UHGV virus genome: UHGV-0391210
DNA: 38,844 nt
Direction: 5' to 3' (one strand)
From: a virus
Below, piece after piece: positions 7,986-17,843 of this stretch (the first letter of the stretch is position 1; each line of letters starts with the position of its first letter). The notes beneath the pieces were generated by a model. The model saw only the letters and a list, made by a program, of their open reading frames with translations, made no database searches and had not been told where the DNA came from. The position numbers and the translations under genes are program-made.

Positions 7986-8252
7986 TTACATATCAAATTT
8001 AATGTTTTCCCACTTTTTATAAGCATCAAAATAGATCTCATTTTTATCTCCATTGTAAGTGATCTCGTAATACATACCATCACTTACTGGCGTACTAAGC
8101 AATGCCTTGTGATTTTGCAGTGTTTTGCAATACCAAACTACAAATACATCATTCACAGTCATGTTGCCAGATGCGTCCGTCTTGTCCTTGTTTTGGTTAA
8201 AATAATCTGCTACCTTCGCCTTGCAAATGTTTAAAAATTCCTTGCTTCCCAT
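7986..8252 (-). CDS. Hypothetical small protein in the lysis cassette
   Basis: 88 aa from MGSKEF, with RBS GGAAAGGAG. It is preceded by the same conserved palindromic motif as the endolysin. Confidence 0.5.
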   Translation of the reverse strand: MGSKEFLNICKAKVADYFNQNKDKTDASGNMTVNDVFVVWYCKTLQNHKALLSTPVSDGMYYEITYNGDKNEIYFDAYKKWENIKFDM

Positions 8253-8298
8253 GATTTTAACTCCTTTCCGTGCGATGTCGCACAATAAAAGAGGACGA

Positions 8299-8752
8299 TT
8301 ACCCGCCATCCTGCTCCTGTGATTTATTTGTTAAAACATCCAGTGCTTTTTTTAACGCTTCCGGATATTTCACGCCCATAATTCCAACATTTTCCAAAAT
8401 CGAGATACCCTCATTTGCTATAAATGCCAGTACTACGGCTGTGCGGATGTAGTCTACGCCGAGAGTGACATCCAGCCGATATGCAATAAGTACGATAAGT
8501 AGGGATACCCCTTTTCTGCACAGGCCTTTCCATGCAGAGTAGCTGCTTAGCGCACCGTTCTCCGATTTGTTGCTCTTTTTCCAAAAGGCAGCGATCAGCA
8601 ATCCAAGAACAAAGTCTGCACCCATAAAAATGAGTAATGTAGTCAAGTCCTCAGACCATCCTCCGATCAGGTTTACGAAACCTCCTGCAATAGCTCCGAA
8701 TACCATGCATAAAAACGCTTTTACATTTGCCAACTGCTCCATTTTCTTCATA
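8299..8752 (-). CDS. Holin (phage_holin_4/TcdE-like) with a dual-start motif MKKM
   Basis: Several TM segments ('AFLCMVFGAIAGGFVNLIGGW', 'LLIFMGADFVLGLLIAAFW'). RBS GGAAAGTGAGGA lies before an ATG-AAG-AAA-ATG dual start. It sits just upstream of the lysin. Confidence 0.75.
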
Positions 8753-8829
8753 TCCTCACTTTCCTTTCTGATTTTAAAGTATAAAAATAAGACCATTACG
8801 GTCTTGCTCTGATCTCCATATTCGCTCCT

Positions 8830-11331
8830 TTAGTCATCCGTGATCCATGTAAATGTCTTTATGCGCTCACAGTAGTCTGTCTTGCCAGTTACAATGGATA
8901 TTCCTCCGTCTTTTGTAATGTAATACCTGCCAGTCCCGATAATTGACGTACCAACCAATTCGCTGTACGTCTCTACTATGTCTACGACTGGTCGATATCC
9001 TACAGGGATCTTTAATTCGTCGAACGGTCCGTGCGATCCTGTGTTTGGAAATTGTATAAGTGCCGTGATTTTACATGTAACCACGCACCCTCTCCTTTTT
9101 AGCTCCGCCTGTATATAGTTGGATGGGTTTGTGCTGGCGAATGGTCCTTTTATCTTTCCGGAGTCATAATTTGTTGCTTTAGATATGTTCATTTCGTATG
9201 ATCCGGAGTTTTTAACAAATATACCGTCCCGTTTAAAATTAACAAGGTTTGAAATGGTGGCTCCGTCAAAATACTGCGCAATCTGCGTTGGGAATATAGA
9301 CAAGCTTGTGTGTCTGCCGCTGTCCATCCCATTCGCTACAAATACGCCCTTGCTTATCGCAGAGCTGTTTATCCCGTTTTCATCTTCGGAGTAGATCTCT
9401 CCGGTATTTACCTGGATAAAAAAGTGTCCGTCCAGACTCTTTATAAGTCCAGCGGTTACAGTTCCGAGGTTTGCGGCAATCGCACTTAGCGTCTCTACAT
9501 TCAGATTTTCTACAGAAATGTAATAGATCGCCCATTTACTTCCATCCCATCTTTTAATCGGCTCTCCACTTGCTGTCTGCCAGAGCTGTCCAACTTTTGG
9601 ATTTTCCGGGGGTGTGGGAGATATGATAATTCCACTATCCCCTGTCTCTCCGTTGTCTCCACGTACACCGATAATCACAGGTGTGGTCTTGGTTTCCGTG
9701 CTATTGGTGTACCGGATAAGGTCGTAGCTCCATAGGTTTTTCTTGGTTTCGGTCATGTCTTGCTTCGTGTCCGTCCATCCCGGAGAGGATACCGTGATTC
9801 CCGTGCTTTTTTCGGATGCCAGATAATACTTGGTCACACTCTCGATTCCTACACCGTCCTTTCCGTCATCCCCGTTTTTTCCAGGATCTCCCGGTGCTCC
9901 ATCGTCCACCTTGGTGATTGTTACCTCATAATATCCACGCCGGATTCCATTTTCAGTTGCCACGAAAGAGTACACCGCCTTGGTATCCACATCCTCTGCA
10001 TTTACTGTCACGCTCCTACCTACATAAAACTCTGTCCCATCTTTACTCCACCGGATTTCCAGATTTCCAGACACATCCACACCGTTGTTGTAAGCGTAGG
10101 CAGTCAGTGTAGTGCTGCCGATGCCGTTTTTAAAGATAATGCCGTTGTTTGTAGAGATGGAACAGGTGTAGACTTTATTTTTTGAAATCAAGTCCTGCAT
10201 CCTTTTGATGAGATCGTCGGATATTTCGGATGTAAGCTCTTTGTAGTTTGTAAATACCGTCTTTGCAGTTTTTGGATTGGTAAGACTCCTGATCTGTTCT
10301 GATACTCTTGCCTGTAGATAAAGGACTGGTGTCCACTCCTGATCCTGCATCCTTACCGTATCCCCGATGTTGGTGTCAAAATATCCGTCCACCTCGTAGG
10401 TTACTACTGGCTCGGATGCGGTCTTGAGGTCAGATAATGCCATGCTGTACAGCTTGTCCTTGCTGTCTGTATCGTACTCTTTACGCATCAGGATATAAGC
10501 ATCAGCCTTATTTACGATGTTGGATGGGAACCGGTCCCTTGCCTGTGGTGCGCGGATGATCGCACCGTCTGTAAAGTACTCGATATTGCCGTTTTCATCG
10601 TATTCTTTCTTGTCAAGACCATTGATTGTCAGACCGTCCTTTCCGGTCGGCTGGATGCAGGTGTAAAGCTTCTCGGCATCTGTGGTTTTTCGAATTCCGG
10701 TAATTCCTTTCCCGTACCGCAGTACAATGTCATTCCGGTATTCTCCGACTCCGCTGTCTGTATCGGAGTGTTTCCGATATACATTTAGGACAATCTCTTT
10801 TAAAGAGTAGTCTCTGTTCAGTACTGTCTCAAATTCGATCTCCGCAGAAAAAACATTGGCCAGAGAAAATAATCTCTTTAACACGGTCGTTGTGCCAGTC
10901 CATTCGTTGGTAATCCGTTTGTCCGACACCTCATTGAGTCCCAATTTAAGCGTTCTCTCAGCGTCAAACACGGCAAGGTACTCTTCAAAGCTCATGGCTT
11001 TTCCAGCTTTGTATTCGCCAGCATCCTCGTTAATAAGCTCAAACGACAGAGACCATGCCGTAGCAGTAATTGTCTTCTCCGTCTGATCGGTATTTACAAT
11101 ATTTAAGTAGTAAGATTTACCCTTGTAAGTAAATGCCACCTTGTTTCCGACTGTAACATGTTCTGCGTCTGGATGCTTTGCATTTACCGTAAAAGTATAG
11201 GTATTCGCCGCTCCCTGCAAATACTCATGCAGATCATCATCCCAGTAGTGCATAGACTTTTTGTGTGCATTATCCATAAATGCTATAGGCGTGTTATTTG
11301 CACTTAAAATTGCAATTCTAATACTGTCCAT
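8830..11331 (-). CDS. Tail fibre / tail-associated lysin-like minor structural protein (prophage-tail N-terminal domain, collagen-like G-x-x stretch)
   Basis: 833 aa, placed after Dit. The N-terminal region resembles siphovirus Tal/prophage tail endopeptidase proteins. It contains a 'GAPGDPGKNGDDGKDGVG' collagen-like repeat. Confidence 0.7.
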   Translation of the reverse strand: MDSIRIAILSANNTPIAFMDNAHKKSMHYWDDDLHEYLQGAANTYTFTVNAKHPDAEHVTVGNKVAFTYKGKSYYLNIVNTDQTEKTITATAWSLSFELINEDAGEYKAGKAMSFEEYLAVFDAERTLKLGLNEVSDKRITNEWTGTTTVLKRLFSLANVFSAEIEFETVLNRDYSLKEIVLNVYRKHSDTDSGVGEYRNDIVLRYGKGITGIRKTTDAEKLYTCIQPTGKDGLTINGLDKKEYDENGNIEYFTDGAIIRAPQARDRFPSNIVNKADAYILMRKEYDTDSKDKLYSMALSDLKTASEPVVTYEVDGYFDTNIGDTVRMQDQEWTPVLYLQARVSEQIRSLTNPKTAKTVFTNYKELTSEISDDLIKRMQDLISKNKVYTCSISTNNGIIFKNGIGSTTLTAYAYNNGVDVSGNLEIRWSKDGTEFYVGRSVTVNAEDVDTKAVYSFVATENGIRRGYYEVTITKVDDGAPGDPGKNGDDGKDGVGIESVTKYYLASEKSTGITVSSPGWTDTKQDMTETKKNLWSYDLIRYTNSTETKTTPVIIGVRGDNGETGDSGIIISPTPPENPKVGQLWQTASGEPIKRWDGSKWAIYYISVENLNVETLSAIAANLGTVTAGLIKSLDGHFFIQVNTGEIYSEDENGINSSAISKGVFVANGMDSGRHTSLSIFPTQIAQYFDGATISNLVNFKRDGIFVKNSGSYEMNISKATNYDSGKIKGPFASTNPSNYIQAELKRRGCVVTCKITALIQFPNTGSHGPFDELKIPVGYRPVVDIVETYSELVGTSIIGTGRYYITKDGGISIVTGKTDYCERIKTFTWITDD

Positions 11332-12800
11332 TACAAGTAAACCTCCCGTATTTTTGCTTTAATCTGTGGCGGCGGAGCAGAGAAAGAAGAGTAGCAGAAC
11401 TGTACTTCCGTTGTTCCGGGCGGAACTTTTGGATAATTAGATCCATCAATCTCATCTCTTTTTGCCGGCATCCCGTTAACATAGACCTTTGTACTCTCTC
11501 CATTTATGGACACCACATCTCCAGCACGATACCGGTTCGGCACATCTCGGTATTTTTCCACGTTATCCTTACGGAACCAGATACTTTTTAAATAATTGTG
11601 CGTGACGTACTGGTTCGTGAGGTTTCTGTCTCCCCACTGCCCGATCCAGATCTGGATTTTTTCGCATTCCATATCCTTAATCTCTGGTATGTTTCGCTCC
11701 ATATAACTTCCATACCAGAAAATCCGCAGCTTTTCTCCCTCTTTTAAAAAGTCGTTGTGGCATCCCATTTTTAGGTTAAACGGATTGCCCTCGTAGGCTG
11801 TCGGCTGGAACTCTTCCCGTCTGAGCAAGGTGTTCCCTGGGGCAAACCACTCGATACGCGCCGTATTACCTGTGGCATCACTCTTGTTAATAGACATGGA
11901 GCAGATCACTTCATTTTTCCTTGTAAGAAACGCAATAGTCTGTGCTCCCGTCTGTCCCATCAATCCAGTCTCGAACCAGTGCTGGGTGTAACAGTAAAAG
12001 TTCTTCGCTCCACGTCTGCCCTCGCTGTCCACCGGGATAGTAAGGGTTTTCATTCCACCGTTCCAGTATCCGGATGTTGCCTGTCCACCTTTTAATGCCA
12101 TGACGTTATATCCGGCAACATTCTTGACTTCGAGTGTTCCCTGTGTGGTATTTTCTGGATTCTGATAAGAGGTGCCGCGATCGTCCTGAAACAAGCTATA
12201 ACCGTTAAACAGTTCTTCAGATGCTTCGTAATTCTCTCCGTCTGTCTCTTCTTGCTTGCCGAGCTGGATCACTCCATACTGACTAACCAGTCCGATAAAG
12301 CCGTTTTCGTGCTGGTGCGTGATCTCATAGTCCACATCCGCCCATTCGGTGCCGTTGTTTTTAATGGTTATGGTCTGGTAGCCGTCTTCCTGTACTCCGT
12401 CAAAGGTAAATTCTGCGGTTGAGTACGCTACCCCATCCGGAATGAGCCATGTGATCGTGCCTTTCCCAAACATTGCAACCTGTGTTATATCAAAATTACC
12501 GTCAGGGATAGCATAAAAATAGCGATCCGGATAATTCCCAAACACAAGCCTTTTCGGCTCTGTGACGTTCAGGATTTTCTGAATCGCGTCATAGCTTGCT
12601 AAGATGTCTCCTTTAATTTCAAATGGCATTTCAAGCGTCTTTGATTTATATGTTGTATAGCCAAAATCCTCTCCTTTTGCACTTTCTGCTCCGTCAAGGA
12701 GTCCCGACTCTCTATTTGCTCCACTAAACGGAGAGAACCCGGACAATACACTTAAGTATCGCCCGAGTTCCTGATCGTCAAATTTTACTGATAGGCTCAA
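11331..12800 (-). CDS. Distal tail protein (Dit, Sipho_tail family)
   Basis: 489 aa, immediately downstream of the tape measure, overlapping it by ATGA-type coupling. Confidence 0.65.
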   Translation of the reverse strand: MSLSVKFDDQELGRYLSVLSGFSPFSGANRESGLLDGAESAKGEDFGYTTYKSKTLEMPFEIKGDILASYDAIQKILNVTEPKRLVFGNYPDRYFYAIPDGNFDITQVAMFGKGTITWLIPDGVAYSTAEFTFDGVQEDGYQTITIKNNGTEWADVDYEITHQHENGFIGLVSQYGVIQLGKQEETDGENYEASEELFNGYSLFQDDRGTSYQNPENTTQGTLEVKNVAGYNVMALKGGQATSGYWNGGMKTLTIPVDSEGRRGAKNFYCYTQHWFETGLMGQTGAQTIAFLTRKNEVICSMSINKSDATGNTARIEWFAPGNTLLRREEFQPTAYEGNPFNLKMGCHNDFLKEGEKLRIFWYGSYMERNIPEIKDMECEKIQIWIGQWGDRNLTNQYVTHNYLKSIWFRKDNVEKYRDVPNRYRAGDVVSINGESTKVYVNGMPAKRDEIDGSNYPKVPPGTTEVQFCYSSFSAPPPQIKAKIREVYL

Positions 12801-14680
12801 TTTCTATCCCCTCCTAACATCTTCCGAAAACTTGAATTCTTTTCTATTTGTTTTTCCATTGGTGTTGCAAGTACTCTGGATGTCTCCACGGAATCGATTT
12901 TATTGATAATTTCAAGCGGTCGGTTTGCGAGTCTGGATAATCGATCTACCGCGTAGATCAGATCGCTATTATCTGTCGTTCTGACCGCTGATCTGGAAGC
13001 GACATATCCACTTGCTGTCGGGCTTGCAGACGTTGTAACACCAAGAGCAACTCCCTGTATCCGGGACACCATCTTGTTTGCCTGTTTTTCCATGTCTTTG
13101 TATGGGATATTATCCTCGAATCCAACCCCTATACCGAGAGCCATGTTTTTCCCGACCTGATCCCTAAATACACGGGATGGGGAATGGATCCCAAGTTTGC
13201 TTTTAACCCAATTCAAGGCATCTGTAGCAGCGCTCACAGCGGCATCTACTAGCTGTCCGGCTGCAGAAGCGACACCGGATGCAATTCCCTTTATGATGTT
13301 AACTCCAACGCTAAGCCAATCGACACTCAAAAATGCGTTTTTGATAGCGGAAATGATTTGCGGTATTTTGCCTACAAGGTTTGGTATGGCTCTAATCAAA
13401 CCAGAAGCTAACTCTCCGATAATTTTAATCCCAGCGGATAAAATCTGGGGAAGATTACTTGCGACGCTGGCTACAAACCGCGCTATCGCCTGAGCTGCAG
13501 CGGATACGATAGCCGGCAAATTGTTTATAATTCCATCCACAAGGCGGAGAATCATCTGGACGCCTGATTGCAATACAGATGGAAGAGACGACAGAAGTCC
13601 ATTCACAAAGTTCGTGATAACCGCCGCTCCTTGCGTGATTAACTGCGGTAGATTTTGCAAAATACCAAGAACGAGCTGAGTTACGATTTCAAACCCTTTG
13701 GTAATCAGTGCTGGAACTCCGGTTGCGATTCCGAGTAAGAACTGATTAAGCAGCTCCATTCCTGTAGAGATAAGCAACGGAGCATTTTCCATCATTCCGG
13801 TAAATAGTCCATTCACGATATTTCCAGCTGCTTGAATCATACCGGCAACGCCGTTTTCTTCAAATCCTTGCGTCAACTGTTCAATGGCGCTAATTGCCGC
13901 AGGCAACAAAGACTCTGTCAATCCATCAGATATCGGTTTCACAACCTCGCCAAGAAGCTGCTGAGCATTATCCTTTAATGTGGAGATCAGACCACTAAAC
14001 GTCTGGCTTTGCTTTTCCATACTCTGGAAGTACTTTCCACCCTCAGACGTTGCCCTCTGCATGGACGCTGTAATTTCATCGACAGAGATCGTTCCCTTGC
14101 TGATTCTGTCGTACAGTGACGCCATGGATTCCCCTGTGCTCTCAGAAATTTCTTGCAGTGGATTAAATCCAGCTTCAATCATCTGTTTGACATCTTCCAA
14201 CGATACCTTTCCAGCAGAGGACATCTGACCGTAAGCAGTAGCAATTCTGGACATTTTTTCGGCAGAGCCTTGGGAAATATCACCGAGCATCATCATTTTG
14301 TCCATGGCTTCATCTGCGCTAAAGCCATAGTTCATTAAGAGCTGTGTAGTATCTGCCAAGTCTGGAAGTTCAAACGGTGTCTCCGCTCCAACTTTCTTTA
14401 ATTTGTCGATTACTTCCGCAGCCTTTTCTGCGGATCCAGTCATAACATCAAATGATGTCTGGTAAGACTCTATGGATGCATTGTATTTTACTCCGGCTAC
14501 AACACCAGCTCCAAGCGCAGCCGTCACAGCGCCAACCGCAGCAACTGCCACTCCCGCACCTTTCTTGGCTATTCCACCAAGTTTAGAAATTCCGGAATTA
14601 AATCCGGATTCATTTATTTCCGTATCAAATTTTAATGAGCCATCATAACCCATACTATCCCTCCTATTCTTGGATAGCAC
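12797..14680 (-). CDS. Tail tape measure protein
   Basis: 627 aa. Ala/Gly/Ile-rich helical repeats, a Gly-rich predicted TM region, and the expected position between the chaperones and Dit. Confidence 0.8.
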   Translation of the reverse strand: MLSKNRRDSMGYDGSLKFDTEINESGFNSGISKLGGIAKKGAGVAVAAVGAVTAALGAGVVAGVKYNASIESYQTSFDVMTGSAEKAAEVIDKLKKVGAETPFELPDLADTTQLLMNYGFSADEAMDKMMMLGDISQGSAEKMSRIATAYGQMSSAGKVSLEDVKQMIEAGFNPLQEISESTGESMASLYDRISKGTISVDEITASMQRATSEGGKYFQSMEKQSQTFSGLISTLKDNAQQLLGEVVKPISDGLTESLLPAAISAIEQLTQGFEENGVAGMIQAAGNIVNGLFTGMMENAPLLISTGMELLNQFLLGIATGVPALITKGFEIVTQLVLGILQNLPQLITQGAAVITNFVNGLLSSLPSVLQSGVQMILRLVDGIINNLPAIVSAAAQAIARFVASVASNLPQILSAGIKIIGELASGLIRAIPNLVGKIPQIISAIKNAFLSVDWLSVGVNIIKGIASGVASAAGQLVDAAVSAATDALNWVKSKLGIHSPSRVFRDQVGKNMALGIGVGFEDNIPYKDMEKQANKMVSRIQGVALGVTTSASPTASGYVASRSAVRTTDNSDLIYAVDRLSRLANRPLEIINKIDSVETSRVLATPMEKQIEKNSSFRKMLGGDRN

Positions 14681-14705
14681 AGGCTCATAGGCTCACTTAA
14701 GTGCT

Positions 14706-14852
14706 TTATTTCTTAATTTCTATTTCTTTCTTGCAAGTCCGACATTTTACGTAGATACCGTGGCTTTTGGCTGTATTGTCTGCAATAGCAAGCTTGCAGC
14801 CGCACACAGGGCATCTAATCCAATCTCGGACTAATATTGGTTCTTTTTTCAT
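14706..14852 (-). CDS. Small zinc-ribbon protein (48 aa, MKKEPILVRDWIRCPVCGCKL...CRTCKKEIEIKK), missing from the ORF track
   Basis: ATG at 14852 is 7 nt after the upstream stop, with RBS GGTGGA. Two CxxC pairs. TAA stop at 14706-14708. Confidence 0.45.
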   Translation of the reverse strand: MKKEPILVRDWIRCPVCGCKLAIADNTAKSHGIYVKCRTCKKEIEIKK

Positions 14853-14859
14853 GATCCAC

Positions 14860-15414
14860 CTACATAAAAGCGTCACCGATTTCAAAATCAGTCAATTCTT
14901 CCTGTTTTAACTCGATCAGTTTTTTGATTTTCTGGATTCTCTTTTTCTCTTCCGGATCTTTAACTTCGCTCAGATCAATCCCTCTGTACATAATTCTTTT
15001 CTTTATTTCGTTATCCTCGGATAATCCATCAAAAAGCATCCGGAATTTCCACCAATGCAGATATTTAATATCAATCAAGTCAATCCCGTAATCGCGCAAA
15101 AATGCTGATAATATATAGGGATAATCGATGGAAAAGGAAAAAAGATTCTTCTGCCTCACTGCTCCGGTTTGACTGGATTCTCCGTCTGAAAAATCAGCAC
15201 TCATAAAGTCGCATAATGCGTCAATTGCAGGCTGCGATATTTCGACATCGTCGAGAAAATACTCACTCAAAATCAACAGCTTATCCACGGACTTGATACC
15301 TTTATCTTTTAACATATCCAAAAGAGAAATATAGTCCCGAAAATCGGTTCTGATTCTTACAAGCCTTCCGCTTACCATTACCGATGTCGGGAGGGCTTCA
15401 TAGAAGAGGTTCAT
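14860..15414 (-). CDS. Tail assembly chaperone (T-like, downstream member)
   Basis: 184 aa between gpG-like and TMP. Its ATG overlaps the upstream stop (ATGA). Confidence 0.55.
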   Translation of the reverse strand: MNLFYEALPTSVMVSGRLVRIRTDFRDYISLLDMLKDKGIKSVDKLLILSEYFLDDVEISQPAIDALCDFMSADFSDGESSQTGAVRQKNLFSFSIDYPYILSAFLRDYGIDLIDIKYLHWWKFRMLFDGLSEDNEIKKRIMYRGIDLSEVKDPEEKKRIQKIKKLIELKQEELTDFEIGDAFM

Positions 15415-15797
15415 CGGTTCTTCCTTGCCCCTCTCCTTGCCTTCCTGTTTGGTGCATACTTGTTAACCATGCTGTTATATCTGGACTGCTCGCTGTTCCG
15501 GAGATCAAACAAAGAATTGGCTGCTTTAACTCTCATGTCCATGCTGTTCTTGCCGAGAAACATTTTCCTGCTCGTTCCGTCTCCGAATAATCGGTCATAG
15601 AAATCATCAAAAACCTTGCATTGCGCCCTCGTAATCTCGGACACTTTTCCAACTTTCGGTACTTTTTCGGATTCTACAACCATTTTCTCATAGCAGTCCT
15701 CAAATTTTCCCATAAAATCTGCGTCTGTAAAATCGATGTCTGTTTCAAAATTATTAAATTTCCACTGGCTCATCGGCTCGCTCTCCTTTTCTTTCAT
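15411..15797 (-). CDS. Tail assembly chaperone (G-like)
   Basis: 128 aa, acidic, directly after the major tail protein. Confidence 0.55.
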   Translation of the reverse strand: MKEKESEPMSQWKFNNFETDIDFTDADFMGKFEDCYEKMVVESEKVPKVGKVSEITRAQCKVFDDFYDRLFGDGTSRKMFLGKNSMDMRVKAANSLFDLRNSEQSRYNSMVNKYAPNRKARRGARKNR

Positions 15798-16357
15798 TCA
15801 ACTGCTGCGTAATCACCTTTTGTGTAAGTAACCGTCTTGCTTGTAAAGTCAGTTTCTGTAACATATCCTTCTTCGATGTCGGACACAGATTTAAGAGATC
15901 CGCCATACACAAGCGCATCCGTTCCGTCTCCGTCAGAATCCGGGATGACCGCATAAGTACGCTTTGTTGCGTAGCATTTGTCTCCTTTATCATTTTTTTT
16001 GAAAAAGTCAACAACTACAACTTCTACATGTGCGTCATCTCCGAGCTTTTCACCATCGTGGATTGTTGCGATTTTTTCGTGTACCGGGTTATTTGTGTAC
16101 CGGTCAAATGAATATTCGATTGCCGGAGCGTACCCTACAACGTCCGCGCGCTCCGCGATCTCATCCACGTACTGTCTGGAATACTCTTTCGGGTTTTTCC
16201 CGTTTGTCATTGCGGTAAAATTTGTCATTCTTTCGTATTTCGGCGAACTACCCGTTGCATCCGTGTTCATGAATGCCACACGCAAATGTCTGCCGACTAA
16301 TTTTGGTGCTGCTGCTACTGCCATACTTATACCTCCTGCGTATAAATTAAGCGGCAC
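15794..16357 (-). CDS. Major tail protein
   Basis: 187 aa. Its position and composition match siphovirus major tail proteins. Confidence 0.7.
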   Translation of the reverse strand: MPLNLYAGGISMAVAAAPKLVGRHLRVAFMNTDATGSSPKYERMTNFTAMTNGKNPKEYSRQYVDEIAERADVVGYAPAIEYSFDRYTNNPVHEKIATIHDGEKLGDDAHVEVVVVDFFKKNDKGDKCYATKRTYAVIPDSDGDGTDALVYGGSLKSVSDIEEGYVTETDFTSKTVTYTKGDYAAVE

Positions 16358-16746
16358 TCAATACGATACTTTGCGTTTTCACCGTTCATATCGTACAAGT
16401 AACCGCTGTTTAAAGTTTCGATTGATATTGGGTTCTTCTTTTCTTCGAGTTTTGGTAGGTTGTCGTTAAAACTCTGCTGTTCCAACCACTCTTCGAAGCT
16501 CTGGAAAAATCCACTGTTTTCAATGTTAATTCGCGCGTCTTGGTCATATTCTTCTTGGCTTGTAAATGCGAATTGGAACTGCTTCTTTGCCCCTCCGTCC
16601 GTGTATCTCTGCATGATCGGGTCGCAAGGGAGAGGGTCAACAGAGTACCCCATATCCGTTCCAATGTAGTCCACGTTCACACGTCCATCACTTAAAAACG
16701 GACATGTGAGAATGTATGATCTGACGCTGTCAATGAGATTTGACAT
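16327..16746 (-). CDS. Head-tail joining / tail completion protein
   Basis: 139 aa within the connector gene block. Confidence 0.5.
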   Translation of the reverse strand: MSNLIDSVRSYILTCPFLSDGRVNVDYIGTDMGYSVDPLPCDPIMQRYTDGGAKKQFQFAFTSQEEYDQDARINIENSGFFQSFEEWLEQQSFNDNLPKLEEKKNPISIETLNSGYLYDMNGENAKYRIECRLIYTQEV

Positions 16747-17131
16747 ACTTCGCCGCTCCTTTCAGGATAGAGTCTTTGTGACGGTTTTTCATTCGCTCAA
16801 ACCATCGTGATTTTTCCTTATGCTCGTAATACTGCCTACGTGCATAAGGTGCAATCTGGTTGATCTCGCCACTTCCAATCACGGTGCCGAGAGTTGCTGA
16901 CTTAACAAGTACTTCTGTCCGTCTTGGAGTCTCCGGGTTCATGCGCCGGATGCATTCAGAGTCAACAAACTCCTGTGCGCTTGCGAAACCAGATTCCATA
17001 TTCGGTTTAAAGTTCGGATTCCAGTCGAGTCTCGCTATTGTCCTTCCTTTCAAATCTCCCTTGGAAATCGTGTAAGTTGATATCTTACCTCTCGGTGTCT
17101 CGATCTTAAATTTCTTCTTTCCTTTTGCCAC
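16730..17131 (-). CDS. Head-tail joining protein (HK97 gp10-like minor capsid/tail component)
   Basis: 133 aa, basic N-terminus. The position is conserved. Confidence 0.5.
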   Translation of the reverse strand: MAKGKKKFKIETPRGKISTYTISKGDLKGRTIARLDWNPNFKPNMESGFASAQEFVDSECIRRMNPETPRRTEVLVKSATLGTVIGSGEINQIAPYARRQYYEHKEKSRWFERMKNRHKDSILKGAAKYVKSH

Positions 17132-17484
17132 TACACTCCCACCACCTTAATATGCGGGTTGCCGCCAAAAGTATTGTAGTTTGCAGATGTAATTCTAGTC
17201 TTGTCCAGTCCGTCCAAGTCCTTAATTGTCTGCATGTCAACCTTGCAATCGCCTTTTACAAGGTAATCGTCTTTCTTAATTTCCACGCTCGTATCCGGGA
17301 TTCTGACCGTGTAGGTGTCTGCTTGCTTTAACCCATCTGTCGTGATCTGCGACTTTTCATTTTTATACCACCATACCTCAGGTATGTAAGCTCGCTCCCA
17401 CTCATCCAGTCTGGTTTCAGAGTTGTACTTTCTTCTGTACAGTGTTGCATCTGTGTTGGTTATCATGATTCTACCCCCATACAT
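17131..17484 (-). CDS. Head-tail adaptor protein
   Basis: 117 aa, typical size and position. Confidence 0.5.
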   Translation of the reverse strand: MYGGRIMITNTDATLYRRKYNSETRLDEWERAYIPEVWWYKNEKSQITTDGLKQADTYTVRIPDTSVEIKKDDYLVKGDCKVDMQTIKDLDGLDKTRITSANYNTFGGNPHIKVVGV

Positions 17485-17843
17485 AAGAGACCAGTCGGGT
17501 CAAGAAAGAGTGCTGCCGTATTATACATCTTTTTATGCAACAGATCATCCGCTGTCTCTCCATTCCCTCCGCTTTCAAAGCTGACAGAATATCCATCCGT
17601 ATTCTCGGATGTGACCGCACGTCCTAAGTGTTTGCTTCTGACTTTTTCATCATTTGCCAACAATTCGCAGACGGCACAAGTAGCAAGTTTTACCTCTTCC
17701 ATTTCCATGTTGTCATCAGCGCGCCCGAAGGTAATCCTTCGGACATAAGCTGATGCTGGAATAACAGATTTATCAAATTCTTCATCTGTTAAATTTCCCC
17801 TATATTCAGAGACGTAAAATGTATAATCCGCATACAAGTTCAT
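17463..17843 (-). CDS. Head-tail connector (gp6-like DNA-packaging protein)
   Basis: 126 aa directly downstream of the major capsid gene. Confidence 0.5.
   Translation of the reverse strand: MNLYADYTFYVSEYRGNLTDEEFDKSVIPASAYVRRITFGRADDNMEMEEVKLATCAVCELLANDEKVRSKHLGRAVTSENTDGYSVSFESGGNGETADDLLHKKMYNTAALFLDPTGLLCMGVES

Noticed and set aside
7985-8309. Longer N-terminal extensions given by the ORF track for the endolysin (MCDCAQKGEN...), the 88-aa ORF (MAGNRPLLL...), the holin (MVLFLYF...) and the scaffold (MRKENGN...)
   Set aside because: In each case an internal ATG is preceded by a much better Shine-Dalgarno sequence, and the extension overlaps the RBS or regulatory motif. The shorter starts were chosen.
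9760-10185. Plus-strand ORFs inside minus-strand late genes (for example 9760-10185, 15978-16469, 26469-26993, 30097-30651, 31238-31909, 34034-34612, 17877-18335)
   Set aside because: They are antisense shadow ORFs with Cys/Ser/Leu-rich or low-complexity translations, fully embedded in well-supported minus-strand genes with coupled starts and stops.
15405-15420. Possible programmed -1 frameshift between the two tail assembly chaperone ORFs (G/GT-like)
   Set aside because: No slippery heptamer (XXXYYYZ) is visible near the end of the upstream ORF. The downstream ORF has its own ATG overlapping the stop (ATGA), so simple translational coupling is sufficient. A shift cannot be fully excluded without ribosome profiling.
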